Shown here in pieces: positions 15,544 through 18,549 of a DNA stretch of 18,549 nt. The position numbers and the translations under genes were made by a program. The DNA is taken from positions 1-18,549 of the forward strand of contig JAHJCL010000013.1 of assembly GCA_018813025.1 (NCBI GenBank). Direction: 5' to 3'. Under the pieces are notes generated by a model that was not told the origin of the DNA, made no database searches, and saw nothing but the letters and a program-made list of their open reading frames with translations. Positions within the stretch are counted from its first letter, which is position 1, and the number at the start of each line of letters is the position of its first letter. This DNA comes from Patescibacteria group bacterium (GTDB lineage: Bacteria; Patescibacteriota; Minisyncoccia; Minisyncoccales; DG-74-3).

Positions 15544-15616
15544 TCAGGGTGGAGAGATTCGCACTCTCGATCTCCGGCACCCGAGGCCGGCGTCTTAACT
15601 ACTGGACTACACCCTG
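15544..15616 (-). tRNA. tRNA-Pro (anticodon CGG), no encoded CCA
   Basis: The hand-folded sequence is CAGGGTG-TA-GTCC-AGTAGTTA-AGAC-G-CCGGC-CTCGGGT-GCCGG-AGATC-GAGAG-TGCGAAT-CTCTC-CACCCTG-A. C1:G72 and A73 are bacterial Pro features. The D-loop (AG instead of GG) and T-loop (TGC instead of TTC) are atypical. Confidence 0.8.
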
Positions 15617-15698
15617 TAGTAATAAATTTCTAAATCCGAAATCCTCATTTCTAAACAAATTCCAAAATATCTAAGTAAGGTAATAATTTATTACCGGA

Positions 15699-17165
15699 TT
15701 AACTTACCCAATATTTCTGTTTAACCATTTCGTCTTTTTTGGTCTCAATCTTTTCTTTTTCCTGTTTGGCTTTCTGGGCTAACTCAATTAACTCTTTTTC
15801 AGACAATTGTCCCAATCTTTTAATTTCTTTTTCTAAGTCCTGCTTTTTATTATTGGAAGGATTATCTAAAACACTACCTAACAGAACATTTAGAATTTGC
15901 CCTATCTTCGGTCCGGGTTTTATATTTAAAATCTTAATTATGTCATTACCATCTAATTTTAACATCTTGGCAGAAATAGGATCATTAGACACTTTCTCAA
16001 TAATATATCTGAGATGCCTTAATTTATATGGCTCGGCCTTAGGACAACCGGAACCTATTCTATCTGCCATTCTCACTTGAATCAACTCTTCTATGCTTTC
16101 CTGTCCGACATTACAAAGTAATTTTCTGACTGACGACTCATTAACTTCATCAGGATGATAGTAAAAAAGATGGTATCTGACCAAATTGGTAATTTTCTCA
16201 ATATCTTTTTTGGGAAATTTTAATCGTTCTAAAATCTTTTGTGTCATCCTGGCTCCCACTACTTCATGACCATAAAAAGTGGCATCTTTGCCTTTACCTC
16301 TCTTAGTAATTGGCTTACCTACGTCGTGCAGTAGAGCAGCTATTCTGACATATCGATTAAAATTCTTTTTGACCGCATATTCCAAAGATTTCAAAGAATG
16401 GTCGTAGCAATCATAAATATGATGCTTATTCTGACTTACCTTATATCCTTGCTCCAACTCGGGAATAACATATTTTAAAAGATTTAATTCTCTTAACAGC
16501 TCGATTCCTTGAGCTGCATTTTCACTATCTATAATTTTAATCAATTCGTCTCTGATTCTCTCGGCTGAAACAATTTTTAAAGAATCAGAATTTTTTTTGA
16601 TTGCTTGAGATGTTTTTTCTTCAATAGAAAAACCTAACCTTATAGCTAATCTGACAGCTCTAATCATCCTTAAAGCATCCTCGTTAAATCTTTTTAAAGG
16701 ATCGCCAACTGTCCTAATTATTTTTTTCTTCAAATCTTCTTGACCTTTAAATGGATCAATAAGTTTAGAAGTTTGGGATTTGGAAATCGGAATTTCCAGT
16801 GCCATTGCGTTAACTGTAAAATCTCTTCTGGATAAATCTTCCTCTAAATTCTTGGCGAACTTAACCGAATCAGGATGTCTTTGATCTCCATACCGGGCTT
16901 CGGATCGATAAGTTGTTATTTCAATTTCCTTTAAATTAGATTTCTTACTCTGGGTTTGGACACTAACGGTAAAAAATTTGTTTTCGTAAAAACTTTTAGG
17001 AAATATTTCTTGTATTTGATTGGGTTTAGCGCTGGTGGCAATATCCCAATCGTTGGGAGTTATTTTTAATAAAAAATCACGGACACAACCGCCAACGACA
17101 AAAGCTTCAAAATCAGCCTTTTGAAGTTTTGAGATAATAGATTTAATTTCTTTGGGAATAAGCAT
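15699..17165 (-). CDS. cca: CCA-adding enzyme (class II tRNA nucleotidyltransferase with HD domain)
   Basis: 488 aa. Motifs: head domain FVVGGCVRDFLL...DWDIAT, RDFTVNAMA, and HD domain AALLHDVGKP...GHEVVGA. There is a K/E-rich C-terminal extension. Confidence 0.9.
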   Translation of the reverse strand: MLIPKEIKSIISKLQKADFEAFVVGGCVRDFLLKITPNDWDIATSAKPNQIQEIFPKSFYENKFFTVSVQTQSKKSNLKEIEITTYRSEARYGDQRHPDSVKFAKNLEEDLSRRDFTVNAMALEIPISKSQTSKLIDPFKGQEDLKKKIIRTVGDPLKRFNEDALRMIRAVRLAIRLGFSIEEKTSQAIKKNSDSLKIVSAERIRDELIKIIDSENAAQGIELLRELNLLKYVIPELEQGYKVSQNKHHIYDCYDHSLKSLEYAVKKNFNRYVRIAALLHDVGKPITKRGKGKDATFYGHEVVGARMTQKILERLKFPKKDIEKITNLVRYHLFYYHPDEVNESSVRKLLCNVGQESIEELIQVRMADRIGSGCPKAEPYKLRHLRYIIEKVSNDPISAKMLKLDGNDIIKILNIKPGPKIGQILNVLLGSVLDNPSNNKKQDLEKEIKRLGQLSEKELIELAQKAKQEKEKIETKKDEMVKQKYWVS

Positions 17166-17232
17166 AACTTTATTTTAAACCGAAATTTTTCTTTTTTCAA
17201 TTTACTTGTTAAAATATCTGAATAATAATCAA

Positions 17233-18549
17233 ATGATTAAAAATAAGAAAACATTAACGGTTATAATATTTTTCTTATTTTTGTTTCTATTTTTACCTTT
17301 TGCAGCAAATGGCTCATATTATTGCGACTTCGGAGGATGCGCTCCTGACCCGATAATAATGGAATGTACCAGATTAACTTGCGTAAACGGTGATACTTGT
17401 TATTACACGCCTGATGGATGCGTCCCTCCTTCTTATAATACCTGTGTATACAGTAATGAAGATCCTGATAAACCTTCTTCTGAAGAATGTTATGATGTGG
17501 TCTGTAGTGATAACGGATGGGACCAAATTTCTAATAATGCTAATTGTCCTTCAGGGGAAATATGTAATTCTTCCGGTTTCTGTGAATTAGCTGATCCCAA
17601 TCCTAATCCCAATCCTAACCCCACTCCAAGTACAGGTTTTTGCAATGCGTCAATTATTCCCTGTGGAACAACAGGGACCCCGACTTGTCAATTTTGCCAC
17701 ATTTTTGTTCTTCTGAACAATATCATAACTTATACTTTAACCTGTCTTACTCCAATTGCCGGAGTATTAATGATAGTGATTGGAGGTTTTATATTACTGA
17801 CTGCTGGTAACAACAGAAAAAGATTTGAAGAAGCTAAAAAAATAATTACTGCAACTGTAATTGGCATAGTAATTATATTGACTGCTTGGTTATTATTGAA
17901 TACTTTTTTAACTGCAATCGGCGTAGCAAATTGGACCGGGTTGGGAAGCTGGTGGAGGATAGAATGCGTCTCATTGCCGGAATATTATTTAACTCTTGCT
18001 GCCAATGACTTTGGTGGAACAACTAACCCGACGCCTGGCATCTATCAATATCAAGAGAATAACGAAGTTCAAATGACCGCTTATCCTTTATCCGGATATA
18101 GTTTTGAATATTGGGAATTGGATGGGGTTAACCAAGGAAGTGATAATCCCATCACCTTTTTAATGGATAAAGATTATATTTTGAAAGCTAATTTCAAAGT
18201 TTCAGACGCAAAATTGGCTTGTGATTCCACATGTATTGATAAATACGGCTCAACCTCCTTCGGAACATGTAGCCCGGGTAACATATGTCTACCGGGTAAA
18301 GTTTCCGTGGGTCAGGACGGCTGCTCTTCTGGGGCATGCTGCTGTTTGGAAGTCATTCAAACTTGCTCCGACGGTACACCTTACAGTTCTTGTTTGCCGA
18401 CCAAACCCCTATATTGCAGCGGAGGAACGCTGATCAGCAACTGCTCCCTTTGCGGTTGTTCATCCGGGACTTGCCAATCTGACGGTACGTGTAAAACAAC
18501 AACAACGACGACGTGTAACTCGGCCTGCAAGAATCAGTTAGGTTTGTCT
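17233..18549 (+). CDS. Secreted/membrane-anchored Cys-rich surface protein with a T4SS-pilin (TrbC/VirB2)-like domain; 3' partial
   Basis: This ORF is not in the supplied track because it runs off the window. I translated it by hand from ATG 17233 in frame 1 and found 439 codons with no stop. Domains in order: signal peptide MIKNKKTLTVIIFFLFLFLFLPFAA; a 12-Cys module; a PNPNPNPNP linker (17596-17622); a CPR-type pilin-like two-TM hairpin IIPCG...CQFCHIFVLLNNII...GGFILLTAGNN...IIGIVIILTAWLLLN (about 17638-17940); an InlB-B-repeat-like beta module YYLTLAAN...GYSFEYWELDG...LKANFK (about 17983-18198); and further Cys-rich modules. Confidence 0.85.
   Translation, partial: MIKNKKTLTVIIFFLFLFLFLPFAANGSYYCDFGGCAPDPIIMECTRLTCVNGDTCYYTPDGCVPPSYNTCVYSNEDPDKPSSEECYDVVCSDNGWDQISNNANCPSGEICNSSGFCELADPNPNPNPNPTPSTGFCNASIIPCGTTGTPTCQFCHIFVLLNNIITYTLTCLTPIAGVLMIVIGGFILLTAGNNRKRFEEAKKIITATVIGIVIILTAWLLLNTFLTAIGVANWTGLGSWWRIECVSLPEYYLTLAANDFGGTTNPTPGIYQYQENNEVQMTAYPLSGYSFEYWELDGVNQGSDNPITFLMDKDYILKANFKVSDAKLACDSTCIDKYGSTSFGTCSPGNICLPGKVSVGQDGCSSGACCCLEVIQTCSDGTPYSSCLPTKPLYCSGGTLISNCSLCGCSSGTCQSDGTCKTTTTTTCNSACKNQLGLS

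Noticed and set aside
15468-15674. 68-aa plus-strand ORF (MVDPGRIELPFPQCECGVLPLDYRPV...).
   Set aside because: It is the antisense reading of the two tRNA genes. The GIELP/LPLDY-type peptide is the classic artefact of translating the complement of a tRNA.
15679-15695. Hairpin ggtaataatttattacc just after the cca stop, considered as a terminator. Also the repeated atttctaaa (15626-15634 and 15647-15655), considered as a tRNA promoter element.
   Set aside because: The stem is entirely AT-rich apart from two GC pairs, has a 1-3 nt loop and no U-tract. The 9-mers are low-complexity AT sequence. There is not enough evidence to call either a regulatory feature.
2535-16080. Short ORFs from the six-frame track that lie antisense to or inside larger genes: 2535-2747(+), 6972-7214(-), 7871-8074(+), 8468-8668(+), 12198-12425(-), 12302-12619(-), 15223-15435(+), 15739-16080(+).
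   Set aside because: Each is fully nested in, or antisense to, a long ORF with clear family motifs. Their translations are low-complexity (F/L/S/I-rich), as expected from reading AT-rich coding DNA out of frame. None has a recognisable domain.
17390-18433. Track ORFs 17390-17590(+) and 18221-18433(+).
   Set aside because: Both are out-of-frame readings inside the long frame-1 ORF that starts at 17233. That ORF has a signal peptide and recognisable domains and no stop codon up to the window end.
1-18549. The contig could be archaeal (DPANN-like), or a chimeric assembly of archaeal lipid genes and bacterial genes.
   Set aside because: The housekeeping genes are unambiguously bacterial in architecture: ClpP, trigger factor, NusA with NTD+S1, class II CCA enzyme, and tRNA-Pro with C1:G72/A73. 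The archaeal-type and bacterial-type lipid genes physically overlap one another (8543-8550 and 5427-5430) and have similar AT-rich composition. Read mapping would still be needed to confirm contig integrity.
1-18549. A scan for CRISPR arrays, IS elements or transposases, integrases, prophage genes, toxin-antitoxin pairs and rRNA.
   Set aside because: I saw no spaced direct-repeat arrays, no terminal inverted repeats flanking an ORF and no ORF with transposase, integrase or defence-system motifs. The only repeats found are the short ones listed as features.

Overview
AT-rich (about 30-37% G+C in hand-counted spot checks), tightly packed window that reads as a small-genome bacterium of the CPR/Patescibacteria type. 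Evidence for this: bacterial ClpP, trigger factor, a full-length bacterial NusA, family II pyrophosphatase, a class II CCA enzyme, bacterial-type tRNA-Pro/Ala, FakA/DegV/PlsY, and a Cys-rich surface protein with a CPR-style T4SS-pilin-like domain. Housekeeping genes (8-3799 and 15469-17165) flank a lipid locus of about 11 kb (3942-15421). That locus holds a near-complete archaeal-type isoprenoid ether-phospholipid pathway: GGPP synthase, GGGP synthase, a UbiA-type DGGGP synthase, geranylgeranyl reductase, CDP-archaeol synthase CarS and a CDP-alcohol phosphatidyltransferase. These genes are physically interleaved, with overlapping or abutting reading frames, with the bacterial route for using exogenous fatty acids (FakA-like kinase, DegV/FakB, two divergent PlsY acyltransferases). 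A PHP phosphoesterase, a 5-TM protein and a 340-aa orphan protein also sit inside the locus. No G1P dehydrogenase is present in the window. This locus is the main candidate for an undescribed system: a bacterium making archaeal-like, mixed or hybrid membrane lipids. Smaller observations: a trigger factor without a PPIase domain, a ~40-nt motif repeated on both sides of a solitary nusA, a cca-tRNAPro-tRNAAla array with a 1-nt spacer and an atypical tRNA-Pro elbow, and a GC-enriched mosaic pilin-like gene that runs off the 3' end. I saw no CRISPR array, transposase, integrase or rRNA.
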